A stretch of 64,000 nucleotides of DNA from Thalia democratica (Eukaryota), in the NCBI GenBank assembly GCA_965202585.1, contig OZ241827.1, positions 12,710,001 through 12,774,000 on the forward strand. The letters run 5' to 3'. Position 1 is the stretch's first letter, and the number at the start of each line of letters is the position of its first letter. A program made the translations under genes and the position numbers. This document shows positions 1-11,043 of the stretch, in pieces. A model generated the notes under the pieces. The model was not told where the DNA came from. It ran no database searches and was given only the letters and a program-made list of their open reading frames with translations.

Positions 1-2554
1 AAAAGCTTGTAAAATGTTTGGTTGTAATTGGTTTTAGGATTGAGTATTTTACTATTTAAATTTAATACTTTCAGAGGTACTTTTTAACATTATTTTTTCG
101 GGGTTTCCCTTGATAAATTCAATTCTTTATGTTAACAGCGCTACTAGTTTATAAAAGTAGCTAATAAAAAACCAGAAAAATAAATAAAAAATAGAAATTA
201 ATAACAAAAAAAAAAAAGAATAAAAGCTACCGATCAATGGTAAGGGTTAGGGATAACAGCGATAGTAAAATAAAAGTAAATATATAGCTAATAATAATCT
301 TTATTAAAAAAACATTGTAAGTGTTTTTAACACTTATGTTAGTATTAATTGAAAAAAATGTAAAGTTGTTTGATAATTTTTTTTTTAGTTGTACAGACAG
401 TATTTAAAAACATTGGTTAATATAAAAATAAAAGACTTGATCTTTAAAAGTGTTTTTTTTTCTTTGTTTAAATTAAGCTAGTCTATTTAGCTTCTAATTA
501 TTTATACATGATAAAACAAAAAAGTATTACAGTATTACCTTTTACCAATATAACTAGCCTGCTTTTATTTTTGTTTGAAAGCAATAGGTATTTGAAAACA
601 ATTTAGTGCTAGAAAAATGTAGGTTTTTTAAATCAACTGTTAACTTTATGTTAAACTTAGTTTTTCAAAGGTTTACAAATGATAATAACTGTTTTTCAGG
701 TTGTTTTAATTCATATATATATGTCTGTTTTACTTTTTAATTAATTTTAGAATAAATAAAAATCATGTTTGTATAAACAATGATAAAATTGTCTATTTTT
801 TAATAATAGTTATTTTTTAATTAGTTCAGACTTTTGAAACTATTTAAATCCTTATATAAAAAAATTAATAGCTAAAATCTTTTTAGTTGTTTATAAAAGC
901 AGAAAATATTTACTAAAAAAATGGAAACTACAATCAACCAATAAGTTTTGATGTCTACCTTTTTTATTACACTAAAATTTAAATATAAATATTTATTTTT
1001 AAAACTTATCACTATGTTATAATCAAGAGTTTTTTACAAAATATTATCTTTGAGAAAAAGAAGTCTTTTAATACATTCGATTGAGTAAATGCCTTAAAGT
1101 TTAAGCGTCATTTTAAATTCACCTTATGAAGTTTAAAAATGATTTCTATCAATTTGTACCATTCCAATTAGGTTTTCTTAAAACTTGCTATGAAAATTTT
1201 ACAAGTTGCCAAAAAATTGAATTTTTTAATCCTAAACCAGAAAAATCTAAATTGATTAAAAATACTTATAAAGTTTTTAAAAGGTTACACGCTTTTAAAT
1301 TTCTGTTTTAAACACTTATAAAAATTCTTAACCATTGAAAGAAAAAAATGTTTGTAAAACTTTTTGTTAAAATAATACAGCAATTTATATTTTTTAATTT
1401 GTGTTATATATAAAAATATAACTTATATGAATACTAGTTGTAAATATTGTCAGTTTCGGATTACTGGAGATAAAAAAGAGTTACAAAATTTAAACAGCCG
1501 TTAGGTACAGTATTTTAAATATATAAATAATATTTTTAAACTTTCTGTAAAAAAGTAAAAGTTTTTGTTTTTAGTTATTTGTCAAAACTTTTGATAATTA
1601 CAACTTTTTAAATTGTTTAAATTGTAAAACTTTTTGAACATAAATATCATAAATAGAAACAAATAGATTAATAAATTTTAAATTCATTTATAGTTTTTAT
1701 TAGTTTTGTAGAACTTAAATTTTAGCTTTTAAATATATAAAACAGCTTATTGCACGAAACTGTTTTATACGATTAATGGTTTTTATTTTATCAAAGACTA
1801 TAAACAGCTCTACATCTACGGAGTCTGTAAAAATTACAATGTTTATTAGAAAAACAAATGCAAAAAATGTTTACTATAAGTGTTCAGTCAATTTTTCATT
1901 AGAATACAAAATATCGTGTCAAGAAAAACTAAATTTAAACATAGTTAAGTAAAATTTAGTTAAAGAAAAAAAGTCTTTCTTCAGATATAAATCCTTATCA
2001 AAGTACAGTACAATGTAAATATTAAAAATTAGTTCTCGAACTACTATTAGAAAGAACTTTTAGCCGCTAAGTTAGATAAAACACTTTTTAGTGTTTCAAT
2101 ATCTGATATTAAAAAGTATAATTTTAATCATAAATAGCCTTTGATTTTTGTTTTACGATTATAATCATTTATTACACAAAAGTTATATCAATGGGTAGTT
2201 AAAAGATTCAACTGTTTAAGTTTATCATGAAAATAATTAATACTTTATGTTGTTGTTGCTTTTTTTTAAAAAGTTTGTTAATTTATTTGTTTAGACCGGA
2301 GTTTTTGTTATAAACGAATAAGTTTAGGGTTAATGTTGAAATTTTAAGTTTAAACTATTCACGTTAAGATATCAGAATCAGATTATTCGTGTTAAGATTA
2401 AGGGACAGTTTTATTAGTCTGTAATAATAAAAATGAGTAAAATGTCCAAAGTTAGAGTGTTTTTTATAAAGCAGCGCGTGAGTTTATATTTTTCAAAACT
2501 TGAATTGATAAAAACAAACTTAATGATGTAACATTAGCTAAATAAAGTTTAAAC

Positions 2555-2820
2555 CAGGGTTTCCCAAACTTTTTTAAAAGGCCCCCTTTAAAGTAATTGA
2601 AAAAGCTATGGCTTTCTCTCACAAGATTACCTAAAAAACTACCATTAAAAACACCTTAGATCTTTTTTTGCTCTTCACTAGTAACTCCATAATATCTAGT
2701 GTAAGTTTCAAATTATGATCTTATAGCCCCCCTGTGGCTCCTTTTCTAGACATGCCCCCCCTGCCCCTTGCTGCTCATTGCCCCCTGAATATCTGTCATG
2801 GCCCACTTTTGGAAACATTG
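2555..2820. mobile_element. hAT-like MITE (~266 bp)
   Basis: Termini CAGGGTTTCCCAAA ... TTTTGGAAACATTG. The 8-bp flanks GTTTAAAC and GTTAAAAT match at 6 of 8 positions. Related copies occur elsewhere in the window. Confidence 0.7.
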
Positions 2821-2924
2821 GTTAAAATAGTTTATTTATTATTTACATAAGAATTACGCCAACAACCTATTCTATACATTTTTTTACAAAACTAATGATT
2901 ATTGATCATTTTTAACTAAATTTT

Positions 2925-2936
2925 ATACTTTTTCAG
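2925..2936 (+). promoter_or_regulatory. 3' splice acceptor 28 nt upstream of the connexin A ATG (5'UTR intron or trans-splice site)
   Basis: ATACTTTTTCAG|GTC... with a polypyrimidine tract; gene B has an equivalent site. Confidence 0.5.
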
Positions 2937-2964
2937 GTCTTCATTAATAAAACACACATTGTAA

Positions 2965-5900
2965 ATGGACTACGGTGTTGTTGGCTCCTTAGACAGCCTA
3001 GCTAAAAAGGTAAAAAAAAAACTTGTAGTTAATAAGTTTGTTTTAAAATTTACTAACTAGTGGATTTTAAAGTCTTTTAAGTTTATTAAATCGTTTTTTT
3101 AGGAAATTAAAAAAAAAGAAAATTAACGCGAGTCGAAAATAGTTTATTGTTTAAATTTTATTATAAAACTACACCTCGATTCGACACAAAAATAAATTTA
3201 TCATTTTATTAAGTAATAAAACAAATAACTATAGCAATTGTTTGAATTTTTTTTTTGGTTAATTATATACGGCATCTACAGTTTAAGTGAAAAGTTTATA
3301 AATGTAAATTTTCTTTGTTTTTCAAACATAGCTCATCTCCAAAATGTACCAGTTTTTATCTAACGACCGAGGGTAAGGGTTAGGGGTAACGGTGGTTAAA
3401 AAAAATACTAAAAAAAAAAAAACAACTTTTGTGCCTTGGGGGCCATGAGTAGTAAAGGAGCCATAGGGGGGCCATGAGGTATTAATTTGAAAATTACACT
3501 ATAAACAAGGTTTTAGGTGTTTTTAATGGTAGTTTTTTGAGTATCTTTGTTGGAGGGGGTCATAGCTTTTTTAGTTTATTTAAAGAAAGCTTTAAAAATA
3601 AAAGTTTTGAAAACCCAGGTTTAAACTTTTTCCAAGTAGTGTTATCAAAAATATCTCCGTGCAAAATTGTCTGCTCGTGCAATATTATCTTGGTGCAATT
3701 TTATCCTCTCTTGCAAAAGTGTCTTCATGCAAAAGTATCTTCGTGTAATTTTGTGCCCTTGTGCAATTTGTATGCTCGTGCAAAATTGACAGCTACCCAT
3801 TTATGCAACAAAATATAGTTTCTTTTAAATATTTCTTTTGCGTTGTAATCAGTTGTTCCAATGTAAAACACCAGTTTTATTTCCTCCAGCATTGAGAAGT
3901 TTAAACATGTAAATTTTATATTTTACTTCTTACACATGCTGTCTAGATAGCAAAGTACAATTTTTGACATCAAAGCATTTAGCTTCAACACAACATATTT
4001 TTTAATATTCAAATAAAAAGTAATATTCACTCCGATGAACTCATTGAGCGAAACACTATAAAATAGTTTTTGATAAAATAACTACTAATCTTAACTTTCT
4101 TTCGCTAAATTTGAGTAAAACTATAATATTAAAAAACATATTTTCTCTATATTTTTAACTAACAAATGATAAAAAATCGGCCAAATGAAACACGTTAAAA
4201 AAAAATTTTTTTTTGATAAAAAAATATAATATAAACACAAAAGTAAATTAAATGTGTTTATTTAACTAACATAAACAAAAACATCGGCGAAAGTCCGCAG
4301 AGCAGAAGCCTGGACTCTCGTATGCCGTGAGACAAGCTCAAGTTTAAGAATAGGGTTGATCATAACGATTCGATCATCAGACCACAAGCCCTCGCTAGAG
4401 ACCAACATATTTAACATCTATTTTAAAATAAAATCAACAGAATATGGTAATAATTTGAGCACGGGTTACTGCATGCTAGCTTTCGTACATAATATTGTTC
4501 ATTATTAATCTACTTGTATAATATTTGTATTGATATAATGACATTACGTGCTTGTGTTCGTATTCAACCTTATTATTATTATATTTGAATTAATACATTT
4601 ACATATTTATAACAATATTCAAAAAACAAGCGATTATGGAATATATTTCAGGATAATATAGTACATGTTTATTTTATATACAGAAAATAAACATTATTAC
4701 AATATTTGAATAAATGTATTATAATCTAAATTAATAATGTTAACAGATAAGCAATTATGGTACTGCCTGGTCCATGGGTTACTACATGCTTGTTTTCGTA
4801 TACAGAGCTTTTGTAGGAACTATTATGGGAGAAAAAGGTTTGTATTCTGAATAATAAAAAATGTATTGATTTAAGTAATAAAACATAAAAACAAACTACT
4901 AAGTGATGTTTATTTTTGAGCTTTGTGATAAATTGTCGTTTTTAAGTTTGAATATTTTTGTCATTCTTTATTTACTTGAAAAATGTAATTTTTTAATAAC
5001 TTATGTTTTTTTCATTTATAAAAAAACTCTTACTATGTTATGACGTAACAAAAGTATAAAAAATAATAATTAACCATGTTTATAAAAGTTAATATTCCAC
5101 ATGTTTTTGTCATTTATCTGCTGAGTTCAGCAACTTTTAACGTCTAAATACTCAAAAAAAATTTCTATGACGTAACAACTACAACGTGTCAACTATGACG
5201 TCACAGTGTACAGCGGTGAGTGGATGGAGTGCTCAACTAAGGATCCCGGATGCGAGAGCATGTGCTTTGACGAGTACAGCCAGCCATCCATGATCAGATT
5301 TTGGAATTATCAGGTATTGTAATTAAAAAAAATAAATATTTTAATTTTTTATGTGTGCTTTGATGAGTACAACTATGTTAAGGTAACTAAATTATTAACA
5401 TTGAATGATAAAATATTTTATTAATTCTTTGATAAATATAACCTTTAATGTGGAGGATTTAAAACTACGAGGTATTAAAATTACAAAAATCTATACTTAA
5501 TTTTTGAAACATCTTTTGATATGTACTTAATCATCCATGTTAAGAATTTGGAGTTATCCGGTTGATAAGTAATTATATATTTATTAATTTTAATAATTAT
5601 TAATTTTTAATTAATTTCTAAATACAACCAACCAAGCATGTTGGTAATTTGGAATTAACAATAAATTCTAAAATGTTTAATCTTTTATTTTTTTTCGATC
5701 GATACAACCAATCCAATACAACCTTGGATTTATCGGGTATTTATATAATAAATATACTTATATATTGTTTGTATATGTCTTAAGGAGTGCAACCAAGCTT
5801 CCTTGTTGAGAATATGGAGCTATCAGGCATTAAGATTAAACAATAAAACATAGTTTCTTTTTTAATTGTTTTATAAAAATAAGTATTATTGATTTGTACT

Positions 5901-8900
5901 TTGACGAGTACAATCAGCCACCTATGTTGAGAATTTAAAATTATCAGCTTTCAATGCAATATAATATCAAAACGTTTAATTTTTTAATAGTGTTTCGACG
6001 AATACTTTATACTGTTCCTCGCAGTTTTGACACCCGTGGCATTATCTCACGCACACGAACGTCACTGCCATCAAAGAGGCATTAAAGATTTTTAAACGAA
6101 TCAACAAATAAAAACTCTTTTTTATAGTTTTTACGTTTTAACCAATTTTAAAAGGAAAATGAAAATAATGTCATTTTTGCACAGTTCCTCGCAGTCCTCA
6201 CACCCATGGCCTTGTTCTACGCGTACGAGCATCATTGTCAACTAAAATAATAATATGATAAATGTTTTAAACAAATATTTACATATATGATATTATTTAC
6301 AGTTCCTCGCTGTCCTCACACCGATGGCGTTGTTCTACGCGTACGAGCATCATTGCCAGCAGAAAGCAAATGAGGAGGAGCAAAGAATTAAGGAGGAGGA
6401 TGAGGAAGCCGAGAAGGAGTACAACAGGTGGAACGACGAAACAGACGAGGTAAGATGCTTAACTGTTGCTGAAAACAGTTTTTTTCTTCATTTAGCTGAT
6501 AAACTTTAGCTTGTGCTTGTATTTTCATGTGTCTAGTTTTAATGGATTTAGTACAAAAAAGTATAAAGTTTCGAAGCGCTAGATTTAAGAATGTTTCTTT
6601 AAGATGCTTTCAAATTTGTTTCTTTTATATTATTTACTTATTTATAAATATGAGGAATATGACATAGTGGAACGATGAAACAGAAGAGGTGATATTTTTT
6701 CAAATTGGTTTTGGTTGTCCAAAACTTATTGTTTCAAAAAAAAAAACTGTTTTGAAATTTTTAAATACTAATTTAACGAGTGGTATAGTTAGACTATATA
6801 AAATTTAATTTCTTTAACTCATCTCTTATTTTCATTTGTAATATTTTTACTTTCCAATTTAAACAAAGTTGTAGCTTGAACTCGTGGCTTTTTATTAAAA
6901 TAAAATTCAAATACCTATTAAAACTTTATTTCATGTTCACTATTTTAACAAAGCAAACTAGAATTATCCTAAAAATAACTTATTAAAAAGTAAATACTCT
7001 TTACTATTTTTGGTGAACAACTTCTTTAGTATATCATTTATAAATCATTTGTATTTATAACTTGATAGTTTTTGATAAAATATTTTAATTTATAATTTAT
7101 TCTTATAGGCGGGAAAATTTGTACCTGAAGTAAGAAAGAGAGTGTACAAATACAAGACGAAGTATGATGCAGACGAAAAACACGAAGTTAGTGCACACTT
7201 TATAAAGTAAAGTTTTCTGTGCACACTCAATTTTCTGAAACTTGTGTTCTACGTAATAAAACGATCTGTACACACAAAGTTTAAAAAAATTAAAAAAAAA
7301 TTTGTTTGCTTTTTACTCTTTTCATCAAGTCGAAAAGCACGACATTGGATCATACTGTTTAAAATAAAGTGTCTTGTGCACACTTAATTTTTTTAACCTT
7401 TATATAGAATTTATTAATTAGCAGTTATGTATGGCTAGTTCACACTAAATAAAATAGAGTTTTCTGTGCACACTAAATTTTCTGTTCACTCTAAATTTTT
7501 TGAAAAACTTTATTTGTTTAACTTATACAAAGTATTTTAATACTTTTTCAAAATATATAAAGTAGCATTTTTGACAAGTACGCTGGAGGTGAAAAACACG
7601 GCGTTAGTGCACACTGTTTAAATGAAAACAGTTTAAATGAAAAAATATAACTTTCTGTGCACACTAAATGTGTTGAAACCTTTACATAAAACTAATTTTA
7701 GTGTTTTATAAATTTTTCAGAACAAAATTTTGAAAAAAAAAATTATTTGATAAGTTTTCAACTTTAATATTTTTTGCATAAAAAAACTTCAATTTCAATA
7801 AATACAAGTACTTTGTTATTTTTGTCAAAATCAGTAGCACAGCTGTTCATAATTACCAATTAAAACAGTTATTTTTCCAGATTGTGTCCCACAAATGGCT
7901 GAGGTGGGCCTTCATATTGCACCTGGTGCTGAGGCTTGGGATCGAACTGTTCTTCTGCTACTTGAAGATCAAGCTCTTCACCTACGAAGTCAGTTCTTGT
8001 TTTTGTTTTGGTAAAACTTAAAAAAAAAGAATGCTTTCAAGTTGCAACAGTTAAAAAAAATTCAGAATAAATCATATCCGAAACCCTTTAAAGTCTAAAC
8101 GTACATTTTCTAAATAACGTAAACTTTTTCCGTATACAAACGAAAAACTCTAGCTGAATATTAAAAATCGAACTTCTTTAACAACAAAACAGTTTTCACA
8201 GCCAAAACTAAACACAACCGTAACGATTCAAAACCAAAATATTTGTAAAAGGTTTACATATGCAGTATTTCGGCTATCTTCAGTCATGGCTTAAACATTT
8301 TCGCTGCCAGTAAACGATTGTGAAAACAGGTTGAAGAATGTCAAACTAAATGTTGTCGTTGGTCGTGCGGTGCAGTCTTGTGTGAAAAAAATTATATATG
8401 CTATTTGTAGCGCATTCAAGCCTCGTTAGCTTTAGTTTGTAGATTTATTTTTGAACAGCTGTCGTTGTTTGTATATACTTGCTTTGTGAAGTCCGTAGAT
8501 GGTGAGAGAGGCTCTCCATTTTAACTTTTTATGAAATTTTTGGCCTGTTATAAATTTTTATACAATTAAATTTTATTTTTTTATAATGTTTTATGAGAAT
8601 TACAAATATAGTACACTAAACTACAAACTTTGTAAAGCTACTGTTTTTATCAGGTATTATAAACATAAATAAATTTAAATGTATTCATATACATATATAT
8701 GCTAAACATGATAAAAAATTGTATTTTGTGAAAAATAATTAAAGTTAAGCATTTATATCTTACACCAACATTCTCCGTGACAGGGCAACAGGCCGGAACG
8801 CGATGCTTACGGGCCGAGGCCGGAAGACAAAATTTACGAGTTGGGGCCGCAATACTACGTCAACATGGACGTGCCCGGCAACTACTTGTGCGGGAAATCC

Positions 8901-11043
8901 CCGCAGCGAAGAACACAGGCGGTGGCTGACGCGTGCGCGAAAGATTTGAGGGCGAACGGCGCGGTGACGTGCTTCGTCGAGTTTCCCAGGGTAAAGTTAT
9001 TTTAATAATTAAAAATTATATAAAAATTATATCTATTTATATCTATTTATAAAAGAAATATTCTCAAAGTATTAGAATCGTAGAGTTTTTATTGGTAAAG
9101 TTATTATTTTAATTTAAAAATTTTCGAGGTAAAACTATTATTTAATTAGAAAAAATATTTTCGAGGCATAAATTATTATTTTATAAGAAAAAGTATTTTC
9201 AAGGTAGAACTATTATTTGAAAAGAAACTTCAGGTATTAGTAAAATTTATAAGTTAAAGGTATTATAATGTTTTAGCAATTCAAGGTAAAATTTTGATAT
9301 GAAAAAAGAATTAAGGTGTATAGAATGTTTTTTTATAAATAAGAAAAAAAGTTTAACACGTTTAAAACTTTCTTGGAACTATTTTTGTAGGTACATAAGT
9401 TTATTTAGCGCTTTTCGAGTTTTACAAAATAGTTTTTTTATTAAGTATTTGCCAAGTTATTTGACGGATAAAAAAAAGTATAACTTTACAGATATAGGTG
9501 TTCAAATTTTTTTGAAACTATTTTTATTAGGTATATACCTTTTTTTACTCTATCATGCTTTGTTGATTTTAACAAAGTTATTTTATTATTACAGTTTTTT
9601 ACTTTTTTGGAGTTCTTTATAAAAAAAATTAAGGTTTTCAAAAAAAAAGATTTTCTCAAACTTCCAATTTTTAACAAAGCCTTTTTTTATCTGACCGTTT
9701 TCTTAAATAGTTTTTACCAACTGAATAAAGTTAGCTATATTTTACAGCTTTTGCATTTAATAATGTTACGAACTTCGTTAGCTAATTATAGTCAGCTTAA
9801 TTTACCTTTTACTTTATTTTGACTCATTAAAATAAAAACAAATTCATTCAATTGCAGGAGAAAACATATTATGTGAGGTACATGAATACAGTGGATATTT
9901 TGTGCGTATTAGTAACATTCATTGATATTCTGCTGTGCCTAAAGAGAATGCTCTTACACTCTAATGTAACGTGAGTATATCATTTTTAATGTTAATTTTA
10001 TATTAAAAAAAAAACGAAAATGCATTGCGACTAAATTCTATAATAGTGAACTTCGGATCTACCAGTTTGTTTATGGATTTTTAAAAAATATATTCTCAAT
10101 AATAAAATAAACCGTTTTAAACGTTCTTATATCATTGAGCTCTCACTATTTATTAAGATAATACTTTCTTAATAACAACAAGTTAAATTTAGTTTATGGT
10201 GGCCCTTTGTAACTTACAGTTTTGTTTTAAATAACCAAATCAAAAAATCATATAACTAATAAGAAGAGCAATGCTTTGTTTTAAAACTAGTTCATTAGTT
10301 GAAATTTCTCATAACTTATAATAAGAAAATTATTTACAGGTACATTAACTATCGTTATAAAAAACAAGAAAATTTGACCAAAAGTATTAGAAGGTAAGTT
10401 TACTCTATTCTTTAAGCTTACTCACATGAAACATAAATGTAGTTTAATACAATTATGAAGATAGTTGATTATTATAGTAAGGGTAAAACAACAAGCTATT
10501 TTAATAATTTTACAACTTTTTTTTACCAACTAGGTTTGAAGGAGATCAATTAGAATATTTTTTAACACTTAAACTTACTTAATAACGTTATTAAACTAAT
10601 AAAAATTGTTTTTAGCTTTAGTTATGTTAACTAATTTAAAGATTAAGTGATATTCAGCATAACAATTTTTTTACTTAATAGTTGACGTTTCTAAAGGTGA
10701 AGGTAATAAGTTATTTTTATTAATTTTAAAGATTATTCTCAATAAATGATGAGTATAGTTCAAATTTACTGCGCAATAGTATTTTCAAATATTATTTTAA
10801 AGAAATTACATCTTAATTCATTATTTTTTCAAACGAACGTGAATTAAAAGCATGAAAAAAACCAAAACATTTAATTATATTAATTTTTTTAGGTTTTCCT
10901 ACCCAGAAATAGTTGAATTGTCAAGCATAAGTGGTTATTATGACAAAAATGACTGCCCTGACAACAATGGCTACCTTGACAATCGTGGTTACCAGGGTCC
11001 CCATGACTGCAGTTACCATGGAAGCCACCGTGTCAGGGCTTAA
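2965..11043 (+). CDS. Divergent connexin (gap-junction protein)-like gene A, 10 coding exons, 366 aa: join(2965-3009,4747-4837,5207-5313,6303-6449,7109-7186,7881-7988,8784-8990,9858-9970,10340-10393,10893-11043)
   Basis: Manual splicing gives one open frame of 1101 nt, all introns GT-AG and phases consistent. Protein: MDYGVVGSLDSLAKK-ISNYGTAWSMGYYMLVFVYRAFVGTIMGEK-VYSGEWMECSTKDPGCESMCFDEYSQPSMIRFWNYQ-FLAVLTPMALFYAYE...WLRWAFILHLVLRLGIELFF...YLC..AC..TCFVEFPR-EKTYYVRYMNTVDILCVLVTFIDILLCLKR...YHGSHRVRA*. It has four hydrophobic segments and an EL1 C-x6-C-x3-C followed by RFW..Q. CFVEFPREKT matches the connexin CFVSRPTEKT motif. Confidence 0.88.
3431..3618. mobile_element. Truncated, inverted copy of the same hAT-like MITE family
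   Basis: Shares the GGGGGCCATGAG...AATTTGAAA core, ends TTTTGAAAACCCAG and is followed by GTTTAAAC. Confidence 0.55.
3655..3812. repeat. Degenerate ~17-20 bp minisatellite (CGTGCAAAATTGTC-like)
   Basis: About 8 tandem imperfect units of gtgcaa(a/t)(a/t)ttgt/tat. Confidence 0.65.

Noticed and set aside
235-260. Telomere-like GGGTTAGGG motifs (also ~3372-3390 and, inverted, ~46905-46930)
   Set aside because: Only one or two imperfect units each; there is no array, so they are not telomeric.
4283-4410. GC-richer patch in connexin A intron 1, with a ~48-codon minus-strand ORF
   Set aside because: Short, with no convincing splice pair, homology or RNA-gene structure.
9299-9822. Several 60-107 aa F/L/K/I-rich ORFs here and throughout the AT-rich regions (e.g. 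22796-23134, 25343-26173, 35181-35372, 50731-52361, 62073-62303)
   Set aside because: Their composition is what AT-rich noncoding DNA or repeats produce by chance; there are no motifs, and they are not kept open in duplicate copies where such copies exist.
2965-11043. Innexin/pannexin, claudin or tetraspanin identity for the four-TM genes
   Set aside because: Three cysteines per extracellular loop, with C-x6-C-x3-C, RxW..Q and CFV..P.EKT, fit connexins. Innexins and pannexins have two cysteines per loop.
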